DNA of 64,000 nt from a virus (IMGVR_UViG_3300042465_009257:1-64000); one strand, 5' to 3'; shown: positions 10,089 to 19,463, counted from the first letter of the stretch. Numbers and translations: made by a program. Notes: generated by a model from the sequence alone, not told the origin.

Positions 10089-11124
10089 GGGTAAAATTTT
10101 TTATGTTTATATTTATCTCGATGACCGAAAACCGGGATGTTGGGAGTATAATGGGCAAGTTTTTGATTTTCAACCATTTTATATCGGAATGGGACAAGGG
10201 GTCAGAATGGAGCAACACACTCGGCCTTACTACAAAAGAGACGGATCTTTAAAATCTAAAATAATTAATAGAATTATAAGCGCTACTGGTAAAAACCCGA
10301 TATTCTACAAGGCTTATGAAGATTTGACTCGTGAAGAGGCATGGTCTATTGAAATAGATATGATAAGTCACTTTGGAAGGAGACATCTCCGAAATGGAGG
10401 TATTCTCGCTAATATTGACCCCGGTGGACAGGGCGAGGGGAAAGAAAAGCGAAAACCGAAAGAGTCTGATAAAGTAACTTTTATGCCTAAAAGCCAAGGG
10501 GTTAATCAGTATGACCTAAATGGAGAATTTATTCAAAAGTTTGACGCTGTCTTTCTAGCGGTCAGAAGTTTGGTCGGAAAAGATGCTACTGATCGGATGC
10601 GAAGGAATATTGCCCAAAATATAACAAATTGCTGCAAGGATAAAACAGGAAGTTCTCACGGGTTCATTTGGAAATTTGATAAGACTTTCCCTTATACACC
10701 CAAGGATGTAAATAACAGTTTAAAAAAGGAAGTTTTCCAGTATTCTCTTGAAGGAAGGTTTATTCAAAGATTTGAAACTCATACCGAGGCGTCTAAATTT
10801 CTAAACCTCCGTTCTGACAGAGATATAGGAGCTTGCGCATCTGGGAAAAAGCTAAGGGCTTATGGCTTTCAATGGAAGTCATCATATCTTGGAGAATTTA
10901 TTAATCCAGTTTCCCCTAAATCTCTTAGACAACCCGGCCTCCGAAGGAATTTTAACAAACCTATTAGCTCTTTTGACCTAATGGGAAGATTTGTTAAAAA
11001 TTATCCTTCTGCTACCGACGCGACATTAGAGTTGGGAATTTCTTCTATTTCCCGCGCCCTTAGCAACCCGAAAGCAACCATTGGGGGATATTATTGGAGA
11101 AGAGGCTTATATGAACCTAATTAG
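10072..11124 (+). CDS. GIY-YIG-superfamily homing endonuclease with NUMOD1-like repeats
   Basis: FYVYIYLD..PFYIGMG..R, E, LANI; three QYxLxGxFI-type repeats. Confidence 0.8.
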   Translation: MYQEDKGKIFYVYIYLDDRKPGCWEYNGQVFDFQPFYIGMGQGVRMEQHTRPYYKRDGSLKSKIINRIISATGKNPIFYKAYEDLTREEAWSIEIDMISHFGRRHLRNGGILANIDPGGQGEGKEKRKPKESDKVTFMPKSQGVNQYDLNGEFIQKFDAVFLAVRSLVGKDATDRMRRNIAQNITNCCKDKTGSSHGFIWKFDKTFPYTPKDVNNSLKKEVFQYSLEGRFIQRFETHTEASKFLNLRSDRDIGACASGKKLRAYGFQWKSSYLGEFINPVSPKSLRQPGLRRNFNKPISSFDLMGRFVKNYPSATDATLELGISSISRALSNPKATIGGYYWRRGLYEPN

Positions 11125-11449
11125 AATCGATCTTCTTTTTCTCCTTATGAATCCAAGCGAATTTTCGAACGCCTGCGATTTCACGACCCCGGAACGAGAT
11201 TTTCTTTCCATCCTCCTTCGCGTGTTTCTTAAAGCGGATCAATTGCTGGTAGGCACTGGTCCGCTGCTTACGAATAATTTGGGGATCATCCGTGACCCCG
11301 CCCCGCATTTTGGGCTGAAGCTGTGGAAAGATAATGTCAAGAATCTCATTTGGAGTCTTGGAGATAAATAGTAGGGCGTGTTTTCTAATAATCGGAGCTA
11401 CGGACTCAGGTCGTCCGATTGGATTTATTTTTGTTTTTGTTTTGCTCAT
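11117..11449 (-). CDS. hypothetical basic protein
   Basis: 110-aa ORF. Confidence 0.6.
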   Translation of the reverse strand: MSKTKTKINPIGRPESVAPIIRKHALLFISKTPNEILDIIFPQLQPKMRGGVTDDPQIIRKQRTSAYQQLIRFKKHAKEDGKKISFRGREIAGVRKFAWIHKEKKKIDSN

Positions 11450-11525
11450 ATTGTTACTTTACTGTTTATTTTTGTTTTTTATTTTCAAATTTAACGGAGG
11501 GGTCCGATAGGGGATTTATCCCTTA

Positions 11526-11899
11526 TCAGTATTCGCTTGGGAGCATTACAACTGGGGAGTTGCCGTATTCGCGCAAATCAGAAACGAAAAGGTGAACTTC
11601 ATCCAGTGGAAAATCTGTATATTCAATATTTTGCGTGTAAAGAATGTTGCCATTCCCATCATCTACCGTGAAAATTGCTTCATTTCCTGTTTTTTTAGCC
11701 GCACAGACCAAAATTCTTCGCCTTTAATTTCTGGAAGGACAGACGAGATAATGTCGAAGAGCCAGTGACAAGAGGCTTTTTCTCGGAGGTAATAGCAGCC
11801 TGACGTGATACTGAGTTTTCCCGTCCCAAGGATTGAGTGGCCGAAATATTCCTCGGTGCCAGTGAATTGATTTAGGTCGTTTTGTGTGAGCTTTTCCAT
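11526..11899 (-). pseudogene. DUF6876-like gene split by a frameshift at an A7 run
   Basis: N-half LNQFTGTE..WLFDII and C-half DDGNGN..YTDFPL..MLPSEY in different frames, joined at 11690-11696. Confidence 0.7.
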
Positions 11900-11951
11900 A
11901 TGTTTCAACGTATCACGAATTTGCGGGAAGTCAAGGATTATTTCATTTTTT

Positions 11952-12221
11952 TTAGTTCGGAAAATAAATGATTCTTCCCATACCTAAATTATCTTCGGCG
12001 TAATTCTCCAAGAATGTCGCGAAATCCTCGATTTTTTCAATATCTTCAAAATAACTAATCGAATACTTGACCAATTCTAGGAGAATCTGTCCTGAGCGAC
12101 TATCCCCGTTGATAGCAACGCATTTTTTTTTATTTTCGTAACGTCCTGAATAATCTTCATGGAAGGTATAATCAAAATCGTTGCAAAAATGTTTGATAAG
12201 TAATGAATAGCTTGTTTTCAT
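11952..12221 (-). CDS. hypothetical phage protein
   Basis: YSGR..C and DNLGMG.I.YFP motifs. Confidence 0.65.
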   Translation of the reverse strand: MKTSYSLLIKHFCNDFDYTFHEDYSGRYENKKKCVAINGDSRSGQILLELVKYSISYFEDIEKIEDFATFLENYAEDNLGMGRIIYFPN

Positions 12222-12244
12222 AATATTTATTATTTTATTTAACT

Positions 12245-12916
12245 TTAGACTTTATTTACCATTTGTTGCATTTTCCGAACTCCACCGACCCAATTATTAT
12301 TTATTCCACTGGGGTCTGAATGCTTCATCCCTTTATCAGTTTTAGACGGTGCATATTTTGAACCTATTTTAGACACGCTCCGCAAACCCTTCTTCCAATA
12401 ATTGCGAGAAAGATTGCTGGCTGTAAATTCTATTCCCAGCTTGACAGTTTTAAAAGAATAAGGAATCCATTTTTTTGTCGCCTTATTATATTTTAAATTA
12501 CCCCCTGGATTTCTACAGTCTCTTAGAATCTTACTTGTTCCATTTCCTGTCTCCCAGGCGCAGATAGCGATCAAAAGATCAACAGGAATTCCATTCTTTT
12601 TCGCCGCTTCTTCGAAATCCGCCCCGTGGCCAGCCAACCCGCCCTTAAGAATCTTATCGTATTTCGATTTAATTATTTTTGGCGGAACGTAATTAAGAGA
12701 TTCTTTAGGAAATAAATCCGCACTGTGGAAATTATCCACATTTTTCTTAATTTTTTCCAACCATGCTGGCGCGACAGGAACAATTGCCGCATTTTTTATG
12801 GAATCTTTTTTAGGTCGTAGTTGAAAAGTCGTACTGCATGAGACTAGGCAGATTAGACCCAAATTGGCGTAGACAAGATTTCTAATTCCAGTTTGTTTTT
12901 TGTGTTGTTTCATCAT
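12245..12916 (-). CDS. lysozyme-fold glucosaminidase-like protein, putative lipoprotein
   Basis: hydrophobic stretch with LVSC; AICAWETGNG, NPGG, KYAP motifs. Confidence 0.65.
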   Translation of the reverse strand: MMKQHKKQTGIRNLVYANLGLICLVSCSTTFQLRPKKDSIKNAAIVPVAPAWLEKIKKNVDNFHSADLFPKESLNYVPPKIIKSKYDKILKGGLAGHGADFEEAAKKNGIPVDLLIAICAWETGNGTSKILRDCRNPGGNLKYNKATKKWIPYSFKTVKLGIEFTASNLSRNYWKKGLRSVSKIGSKYAPSKTDKGMKHSDPSGINNNWVGGVRKMQQMVNKV

Positions 12917-12974
12917 CTTGGGTCAAGATAACACACAATGAACTATTGTCAACCTCTTTTCTTTATTATTTTAA

Positions 12975-13313
12975 TTACCTGAGATTTGAAATTCCAGAAA
13001 TTTTGAAAAGACGATGACCTGGTTTGCTTGTTGCATTTTCGCCGCCTTTTGAACAAACCTGTGTCCCTCTGATGTAGGTCTCTGATCCCCGCCTGATCAA
13101 ACACCCCCTCAGGCCAGTGGAATATCCGCTCATCCAACTTCCCTTCCCATTGATTTTCTGGTCATGTTTCGCAAGAGATTTTTCAAGGTCCACCCCAATT
13201 CGCACGGTTCGCTGGGATCTCTCTCCCGTTTCATCCTTGGTGTAAGTGAAAGAAACAAGCTGTCCAGATTTAGCTTTTTGGGCCAAAGTTTTCAAAAGTG
13301 GATTGGTTTTCAT
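12975..13313 (-). CDS. hypothetical protein (SH3/WYL-like start)
   Basis: VSFTYTKDETGERSQRTV; leaderless after TTGACA-N16-TACTTT. Confidence 0.6.
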   Translation of the reverse strand: MKTNPLLKTLAQKAKSGQLVSFTYTKDETGERSQRTVRIGVDLEKSLAKHDQKINGKGSWMSGYSTGLRGCLIRRGSETYIRGTQVCSKGGENATSKPGHRLFKISGISNLR

Positions 13314-13373
13314 GACTCAAAGTAGATCAAAATCGTCATTTGTCAAATTATTTCTTATTTTTTAGGAAAAAAG

Positions 13374-13401
13374 TTTCCTCAGAGCAGTTTTCGCCTGTAA
13401 T
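13374..13401 (+). promoter_or_regulatory. class II (putative late) promoter
   Basis: TTTCC-N17-TGTAAT. Confidence 0.7.
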
Positions 13402-13411
13402 AAGGTGTAGA

Positions 13412-13645
13412 ATGAAAAAAATTAAATTATCAGAATATTGCAAGATTAATGGGATTACTTACCGGACTGGTTGGAACCACTTTAAAGCGGGAAAATTTGG
13501 AGACAAGGGAACAACAAATTCCAAGGGTGGTATGTTTATCGAAGTCGAAGAAATTACTGATAAATCTTTGGTTTCTGATCTTCAAGCCGCGATCTTTGAG
13601 TTAAAATCCGTTTCTTCACAACTCTTAGCCCAGATTATAAAATGA
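13412..13645 (+). CDS. MerR-type HTH protein (resembles IS607 TnpA N-terminus)
   Basis: KLSEYCKINGITYRTGWNHFKAGK; stop overlaps endonuclease ATG. Confidence 0.7.
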   Translation: MKKIKLSEYCKINGITYRTGWNHFKAGKFGDKGTTNSKGGMFIEVEEITDKSLVSDLQAAIFELKSVSSQLLAQIIK

Positions 13646-14811
13646 TGGAAGATTACGGAAGAAGGTTCTTTGTATATATTTTGCTCGATCCCAGAGAGCC
13701 TGGACTATGGGAGTATGGCGGAAGAGAGCTTCTTTTTCGTCCATTCTACGTCGGCAAGGGGTGCCAATATAGAGACCGTGTTCACAAAACCCCATCTTCG
13801 AGAAAGGAGAAAAACCTTAAAAATAATTTTATAAATAAAATTATAGCAGAAACGGGAGATTTTCATTTGTCCGAGAGGATTTTCGTTAATTTGACCGAAG
13901 GGGAATCAAAAAATATAGAGCAAAGCGTTATTAATTACTTCGGGAGGATAACCCAAAAGGACGGGATATTAACCAATATTCTAGGAAAATATGATATCAG
14001 AAAAAATGATAATTTTTTTGAAAAGGGAAAAAAGATATATTCTTTTAATTCCGAATTAAAGTTGGTTAAGGAATTTTTATCTTCCCGTCACGCCGCAATA
14101 GAGTTAAAAACATCTACTCAGCGATTGAATAAAGCAATTAATAATTTTGGTCAATATTCAATTGACGGATTTTATTTTGCGATATCTAAGGATGCCCCTG
14201 AAATTGCCCCTCCAATATTCAAACCCATCCGAACTGGTAGGGATTTTGAACTTATATCTCCCACTGGAGAACTAATCAAAGGAAATAATTTGCAACAATT
14301 CGCGAAAAGTATAGGTGTCGCCTCTTCCAACTTACACGTTCTTTTAGAGGGCGGGCTTGGTTCATGTTTAGGCTATAAATCAACCAACCCAGAATTTTGG
14401 CGAGAAAAGAAAAGTTACAGAATCTTATCTCCTGATAAAGAACTTTACGAATTCGATGAAATAAAATTTTTTGCGGACAAGATGGGGCTTAATTGTAAAA
14501 TTTTAAATAGAGTCTTGCTGAATAAAGTGTCTCACGCCGAAGGATTCCATCTTGAAAACCCATTGGAAAAATTCAAAAAAGCGATAGACCTTTCTATCCG
14601 GGGCTACAAACTTCTTAATCTGGAAACCAAAACTATTTATCAGTTCTTTTATATTGCGCCATTCGCAACTAAATTTAATATTTCTGTCTCTCGTTTGCGT
14701 AGACCCCTTCTTCAGAACAAAGAGGTAAATATCCCTGGCTGGAGATCGCCGACCTTAGAGGAATGTGAAAATTTGCCGACTATTTTAGAATCTCGGAAAA
14801 CCAATCTATAG
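13642..14811 (+). CDS. GIY-YIG-superfamily homing endonuclease
   Basis: FFVYILLDPR..PFYVGKG..R, E, LTNI; C-terminal SPxG modules similar to 5925-6884. Confidence 0.8.
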   Translation: MMEDYGRRFFVYILLDPREPGLWEYGGRELLFRPFYVGKGCQYRDRVHKTPSSRKEKNLKNNFINKIIAETGDFHLSERIFVNLTEGESKNIEQSVINYFGRITQKDGILTNILGKYDIRKNDNFFEKGKKIYSFNSELKLVKEFLSSRHAAIELKTSTQRLNKAINNFGQYSIDGFYFAISKDAPEIAPPIFKPIRTGRDFELISPTGELIKGNNLQQFAKSIGVASSNLHVLLEGGLGSCLGYKSTNPEFWREKKSYRILSPDKELYEFDEIKFFADKMGLNCKILNRVLLNKVSHAEGFHLENPLEKFKKAIDLSIRGYKLLNLETKTIYQFFYIAPFATKFNISVSRLRRPLLQNKEVNIPGWRSPTLEECENLPTILESRKTNL

Positions 14812-14824
14812 TCATAATAGACCT

Positions 14825-14852
14825 ACTCTACACGGATTTTGATCAAAGTCAA
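14825..14852 (-). promoter_or_regulatory. sigma70-like promoter antisense to endonuclease
   Basis: TTGACT-N16-TAGAGT. Confidence 0.6.
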
Positions 14853-14861
14853 GACATTTCT

Positions 14862-15092
14862 TTATTTTTGCTTAAAGTAATCTCTTGCAGAAATCTTTAC
14901 AAAATCACCTACAGAACTCTTTACAGAATCTCTTATTGCATCCCCTACTGAATCTTTTACAGCATCCCATACAGAATATTTTACAGAAATACCTACAGAA
15001 ATACCTACAGAATTCCATGCAGGAACTCTTATAGAACTCCCTACAGAATAATATACAGTGTTCCATACATATTTAGAAACGATATTATTCAT
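14862..15092 (-). CDS. SVxx-repeat array protein
   Basis: SV repeats, ends DYFKQK. Confidence 0.75.
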   Translation of the reverse strand: MNNIVSKYVWNTVYYSVGSSIRVPAWNSVGISVGISVKYSVWDAVKDSVGDAIRDSVKSSVGDFVKISARDYFKQK

Positions 15093-15289
15093 TGCTTTAT
15101 TTTAAAGTAATCTTTTGTAGAATTCTCTACAGTAATATATACAGAACCCCTTACAGACCACCATACAGAATCCGATACAGAAAATCTTACAGAATCCGCT
15201 ACAGAATACCTTACAGAATCCCTTACAGACATCCTTACAGAACGCCATACAGAATCCATTATAGCTTCGTAAACGATAGAGTCATTCAT
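15089..15289 (-). CDS. SVxx-repeat array protein
   Basis: SV repeats, ends DYFKIKQ. Confidence 0.75.
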   Translation of the reverse strand: MNDSIVYEAIMDSVWRSVRMSVRDSVRYSVADSVRFSVSDSVWWSVRGSVYITVENSTKDYFKIKQ

Positions 15290-15301
15290 TGCTTTATTAT
15301 A

Positions 15302-15622
15302 TCAGAGTTCGTTTTGAAAGTAATCCCTTACAGACCTCCCTACAGAATCCCTTACAGACATCCATACAGTATCCTGTACAGACCTCCATACAGTATCCTG
15401 TACAGACCTCCATACAGTATACTTTACAGTATCCTTTACAGAATCCACTACAGAATCCCTTACAGACATCCATACAGTATCCTGTACAGACCTCCATACA
15501 GTATCCTGTACAGACCTCCATACAGTATACTTTACAGTATCCTTTACAGAATGCTTTACAGAATCCGATACAGAATGATATACAGATTCCCACACAGTTT
15601 TAAAAACATCATAGCTATTCAT
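15302..15622 (-). CDS. SVxx-repeat array protein with internal tandem duplications
   Basis: VWRSVQDT units repeated; ends DYFQNEL. Confidence 0.75.
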   Translation of the reverse strand: MNSYDVFKTVWESVYHSVSDSVKHSVKDTVKYTVWRSVQDTVWRSVQDTVWMSVRDSVVDSVKDTVKYTVWRSVQDTVWRSVQDTVWMSVRDSVGRSVRDYFQNEL

Positions 15623-15798
15623 TGCTTTATTATATCAGAGTTCGTTTGAAAGTAATCTTCTACAGAATGCTGTACAGAAATATACACAGAATTCCTTATA
15701 GGATTCCATACAGTAATCCCTATATAATTTCTTACAGAACCACATACAGAATTCGCTATAGAACACCATACAGCTTGTCTAATATTAGATTTATTCAT
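15619..15798 (-). CDS. SVxx-repeat array protein (59 aa, not in ORF track)
   Basis: MNKSNIRQAVWCSIANSV...DYFQTNSDIIKQ. Confidence 0.7.
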   Translation of the reverse strand: MNKSNIRQAVWCSIANSVCGSVRNYIGITVWNPIRNSVYISVQHSVEDYFQTNSDIIKQ

Positions 15799-16004
15799 TT
15801 TTGTTTAAAGTAATCTTTTGCATAATCTCTTGCAAAATCTTTTGCAAGATCTTCTAATAAATCTCTTATAGGATTCATTACAGACCACCATACAGAACTC
15901 GATACAGAGTACGATACAGGTTTCTTTACAAGATAACCTACAGAACTCCATATAGACTCCTGTATAGAAACATCTACAGTTTTACACAGGTCAAAGTCAT
16001 TCAT
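15795..16004 (-). CDS. SVxx-repeat array protein
   Basis: ends DYFKQK. Confidence 0.75.
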   Translation of the reverse strand: MNDFDLCKTVDVSIQESIWSSVGYLVKKPVSYSVSSSVWWSVMNPIRDLLEDLAKDFARDYAKDYFKQK

Positions 16005-16013
16005 TGCTTTATT

Positions 16014-16205
16014 TTATCGGAGTTTGTTTTTAAAGTAATCTTTTGCAGAATGCCCTACAGAAACCCTTACAAAATTCCTTGCAGACATCCATACAGAATC
16101 TCTTACAAGATGCTTTACATTACTCCTTACAGAATCCATTACAGAACACCTTACAGTATTCTCTACAACATCCCACACAGCTTTACAAACGATAGAGTTA
16201 TTCAT
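16014..16205 (-). CDS. SVxx-repeat array protein
   Basis: ends DYFKNKLR. Confidence 0.75.
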   Translation of the reverse strand: MNNSIVCKAVWDVVENTVRCSVMDSVRSNVKHLVRDSVWMSARNFVRVSVGHSAKDYFKNKLR

Positions 16206-16438
16206 TGCTTTGTTTTAAAGTAATCTTTTGCAGAATCCTCTACAGACTCCCATACAGAATCCCCTACAGAATCTTTTACAGAATCTCTTACAGAATCTCT
16301 TACAGAATCTTTTACAGAACTCGCTACAGAGTTCCATACAGAACCACTTGCGGGATCCTCTACAGGCTCCCATACAGAACACACTACAGAATTCCAGACA
16401 GACTCCCACACAGCTTTATAAACGATAGAGTCGATCAT
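16202..16438 (-). CDS. SVxx-repeat array protein
   Basis: ends DYFKTKQ. Confidence 0.75.
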   Translation of the reverse strand: MIDSIVYKAVWESVWNSVVCSVWEPVEDPASGSVWNSVASSVKDSVRDSVRDSVKDSVGDSVWESVEDSAKDYFKTKQ

Positions 16439-16641
16439 TAGTTTATATTATTTTTAAAGCAATCTTTTGTAGAATTCTCTACAGAACCCTTTACAGCATC
16501 CCATACAGAACCCTTTATAGAACTCCATACAGAATCCTTTACAAAACTCCGTACAGGATCTTCTACAGACTCCCATACAGAACTCACTACAGGCTCCCAC
16601 ACAGACTCCCACATACTTTTACAAACGATAGAGTTATTCAT
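16438..16641 (-). CDS. SVxx-repeat array protein
   Basis: ends DCFKNNIN. Confidence 0.75.
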   Translation of the reverse strand: MNNSIVCKSMWESVWEPVVSSVWESVEDPVRSFVKDSVWSSIKGSVWDAVKGSVENSTKDCFKNNIN

Positions 16642-16653
16642 TAGTTTATATTA

Positions 16654-16974
16654 TCAGAAGTCGTATCGTCTTGGAAGTAATATATGCAATAACTTTTTTA
16701 TTGGTGAAATTGGTTTTGGTTCTTTAATTGGTTTTTGTTCTTTAATTGCTGGACGAGCTAAGTGATATCCTCCTACACGTATCAACATTAGCATATCATT
16801 GTGATGCTCTGCTGGTATGCCCGTAAAATCAAATGTTGCAGTTACTCCATAACCATGTGCGGTCACATAGTCTTTTATTTTTAGAATTGGTGGGACATTC
16901 GTAATGAGGGATGGATTAGAGTCATATATCGATATGGTCTCTGTGACTATTTTAGTGGTTTCAGACATGTACAT
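16654..16974 (-). CDS. hypothetical protein (non-family insert in array)
   Basis: 106-aa ORF without SV repeats. Confidence 0.6.
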   Translation of the reverse strand: MYMSETTKIVTETISIYDSNPSLITNVPPILKIKDYVTAHGYGVTATFDFTGIPAEHHNDMLMLIRVGGYHLARPAIKEQKPIKEPKPISPIKKLLHILLPRRYDF

Positions 16975-17192
16975 TGATCAGTTAATTTAATGCATTTCAT
17001 TTCCCACTGATAAACTACTTTGCCCCATTTTGCCCATTTTCGGCGTCTTTTGGAGGTGAGTTTTTTATCTAATAGTCGAGAGACTCTTGTAACCGACTGT
17101 TTTGCTTTTGATTGTGCGCGAATATAAGATCCCAACGTGGAAGGATTGGACAAGCTCCAAATATCGCTGAATATTTTATAATTTTTTATCAT
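16947..17192 (-). CDS. hypothetical basic protein (non-family insert in array)
   Basis: 81-aa ORF downstream of TTGACA-N16-TACTAT at about 17221-17248. Confidence 0.55.
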   Translation of the reverse strand: MIKNYKIFSDIWSLSNPSTLGSYIRAQSKAKQSVTRVSRLLDKKLTSKRRRKWAKWGKVVYQWEMKCIKLTDQCTCLKPLK

Positions 17193-17218
17193 TTTTTAAT
17201 TGCCGAGTAGGACTATAC

Positions 17219-17488
17219 CTATAGTAGCTCAAAGTCTTGTGTTGTCAAGGAGTTTTGTTCAAAGTGATCATAGACAGAATCGTCTACAATATTCCCTATA
17301 GAGGTTTCTACAGCAACTTCCACAGAATTCCATCCAAACTCCCATACTGCACTCAGTACAGAAACATATACATGATTATGTATATGATTATGTATATGAT
17401 TATATAAAGAATCTGTTATAACTATCCATACATTACCCCATGTGTAATCTTTCAAATTAAAATCTTTAGCGCTGCTTTTATTATTCAT
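17219..17488 (-). CDS. SVxx-repeat array protein
   Basis: VWEFGWNSV subfamily, DHFEQN. Confidence 0.7.
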   Translation of the reverse strand: MNNKSSAKDFNLKDYTWGNVWIVITDSLYNHIHNHIHNHVYVSVLSAVWEFGWNSVEVAVETSIGNIVDDSVYDHFEQNSLTTQDFELL

Positions 17489-17709
17489 TTTTGTTGAAAG
17501 TAATCATTCGCGGACTGCCACACATCATCCCTTAGAGAGGTATCTACACCAACGTCTACCGCATCCCATCCAAAGTCCCATACAGATGTGCTTATTATCC
17601 TTACAGAACTGATTATAGAATTATAAACAGACTCTCCTATAGCATCATAGGCAAATCTCCATGTGTGATCATCCACATTAAAATTATTAGCTTTGTTTTT
17701 TTTATTCAT
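17485..17709 (-). CDS. SVxx-repeat array protein
   Basis: close paralog of 21941-22168; ends DYFQQK. Confidence 0.75.
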   Translation of the reverse strand: MNKKNKANNFNVDDHTWRFAYDAIGESVYNSIISSVRIISTSVWDFGWDAVDVGVDTSLRDDVWQSANDYFQQK

Positions 17710-17935
17710 TTTTTAAGCGTTTTCTTTTAAAGTATTCTGCTGTAGTGTCTATTACAGAATTTCCTACAGAATTTCCTACAGATTGCCATATAGAATTGTC
17801 TACAAAATTTTCTACAGAATAGCCCACAGAATCCTCTAAAGCACTCCATACATAATCCTTTACCGTATCCTCTATAGAATTTCCTACAGAATGCGATACG
17901 GAAAACCACACGGCAATGCTTATATTATGGTTCAT
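17702..17935 (-). CDS. SVxx-repeat array protein
   Basis: start trimmed to MNHNISI; EYFKRK. Confidence 0.7.
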   Translation of the reverse strand: MNHNISIAVWFSVSHSVGNSIEDTVKDYVWSALEDSVGYSVENFVDNSIWQSVGNSVGNSVIDTTAEYFKRKRLKNE

Positions 17936-18173
17936 TTTGTTCAAAGTAAAAATAAACTCTTGCAGCATCTCTTATAGAACGCTCTATAGAGCCTTGTGCA
18001 GTATGCCATATTAAATCCGATACAGTTTTCCTTGCTTCCAATCCTGGCAGATCCTTCTTAGAATCCATTATAAGCTCGTCTAAAGAATTTGTTAAAACTC
18101 TCAAACCAGTATCATCACGACTCCATAAAAAATAGCATACATTCTCCACTACATTGTTTAAATTATTATTCAT
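17925..18173 (-). CDS. divergent array protein
   Basis: start trimmed to MNNNLNN; SIRDAARVYFYFEQNE end. Confidence 0.6.
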   Translation of the reverse strand: MNNNLNNVVENVCYFLWSRDDTGLRVLTNSLDELIMDSKKDLPGLEARKTVSDLIWHTAQGSIERSIRDAARVYFYFEQNEP

Positions 18174-18406
18174 TTTTTCCTCCGTTTCTTTTTGAAATAT
18201 TCTTCTACACTTTCCCATACATTACTCCTTGCAGATGTTCTCACTGATCTTACTATAACAGCACTTATATTATTGTTTATAATTCTCCAAGTGTCCTGAT
18301 CTACTTCTTTTAATATTATATCCCTTACATTACCGCTCGCAGGACTTGATACATTAAATGTATTTTTATTAAATTGATTTACGTACTGATTCTGGATGTA
18401 TATCAT
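18170..18406 (-). CDS. divergent array protein
   Basis: VWESVEEYFKK end. Confidence 0.65.
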   Translation of the reverse strand: MIYIQNQYVNQFNKNTFNVSSPASGNVRDIILKEVDQDTWRIINNNISAVIVRSVRTSARSNVWESVEEYFKKKRRKK

Positions 18407-18594
18407 AGTTCATTTTGTTTAAAGTAATCTTTTGAAGACCTTCCTACAAGATAACATACAGATCTCCTTATAGGAACTCCTACAGAATCATATACAGAAT
18501 CCCTTACAGAAATCCACGTAGAACACCATATCAAATCTCTTACGGAATCCCATACAGCTTTCCTTACGGCTTCACCAACGGTAGAATTACTCAT
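18403..18594 (-). CDS. SVxx-repeat array protein
   Basis: ends DYFKQNEL. Confidence 0.75.
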   Translation of the reverse strand: MSNSTVGEAVRKAVWDSVRDLIWCSTWISVRDSVYDSVGVPIRRSVCYLVGRSSKDYFKQNEL

Positions 18595-18784
18595 TTTGTT
18601 TAAAGTAATCGCTTGCAGATTGTTCTATAGAAATTCCTACAGACCAATTTACAGAATTCCATACAGGTCGGCGTGCAGCTACTCGTACTGAATAATGCAT
18701 TGAACCATTTATAGAATACTCTACAGAATCTGCAAGACAATTATATACAACATACGAAACGGCTGTACTAATAGTATTATTCAT
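18587..18784 (-). CDS. SVxx-repeat array protein
   Basis: ends DYFKQNE. Confidence 0.75.
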   Translation of the reverse strand: MNNTISTAVSYVVYNCLADSVEYSINGSMHYSVRVAARRPVWNSVNWSVGISIEQSASDYFKQNE

Positions 18785-18989
18785 TTTCAAAGTAATCTCT
18801 TATAGAATCCCTCATAGAATCCTTTATATGCCACATTACAGGACGAATTACAGTCCCACATACTGTATCCCGCACAGCTACTCGTACTGAATAACATATT
18901 GAACGACTTAGAGAATTCTCTACAGAATCTATAAGAGAATTATATACAACATATGAAGCGGCTGTGTTAATAGTATTATCCATTTGCAT
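18777..18989 (-). CDS. SVxx-repeat array protein
   Basis: paralog of neighbour; ends DYFENE. Confidence 0.75.
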   Translation of the reverse strand: MQMDNTINTAASYVVYNSLIDSVENSLSRSICYSVRVAVRDTVCGTVIRPVMWHIKDSMRDSIRDYFENE

Positions 18990-18992
18990 AGA

Positions 18993-19190
18993 TTAATTCC
19001 AAAATATATCCATCAACCATTTTCTCAAGCTACGAGGAGCGGGTTTTTTAGGAATTTCTTGCCAGTTTTTATATAGACAATCTCGTAATGTCTCCCTACA
19101 GTACCCAGCATATTTTGAGCAATAGTCGAGGCAATGCATATCTCTAACGATACAATGTGCGCAAGTATGACAGTTGATGATTTTTTTCAT
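18993..19190 (-). CDS. small Cys-rich protein (non-family insert in array)
   Basis: CHTCAHC..C..C..C..C; starts at an array junction. Confidence 0.65.
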   Translation of the reverse strand: MKKIINCHTCAHCIVRDMHCLDYCSKYAGYCRETLRDCLYKNWQEIPKKPAPRSLRKWLMDIFWN

Positions 19191-19456
19191 TTTTGTTTAA
19201 AGTACTCTCTTACAGACTCTCCTATAGTAGCTTTTATAGAATCGTTTATAACGCTCCGTACAGAACTCCATACAGAATCTCTTGCAGACTTCTCTACAGA
19301 CTCCCATACAGAATAATATACAGACCCCCATACAGAATAATATACAGACCCCCATACAGAATAATATACAGAATAATATACAGAATCCTTTATTGTATCC
19401 TCTACAGAACTCCATACAAAATATCTCACAGCTTTACGAGCGATAGATTCATTCAT
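19187..19456 (-). CDS. SVxx-repeat array protein
   Basis: SVYYSVWG tandem units; EYFKQK. Confidence 0.75.
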   Translation of the reverse strand: MNESIARKAVRYFVWSSVEDTIKDSVYYSVYYSVWGSVYYSVWGSVYYSVWESVEKSARDSVWSSVRSVINDSIKATIGESVREYFKQK

Positions 19457-19463
19457 TGCTTTA

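Noticed and set aside
13412-14811. IS607 insertion sequence
   Set aside because: Only the MerR-type HTH is present; no serine recombinase domain and no TnpB.
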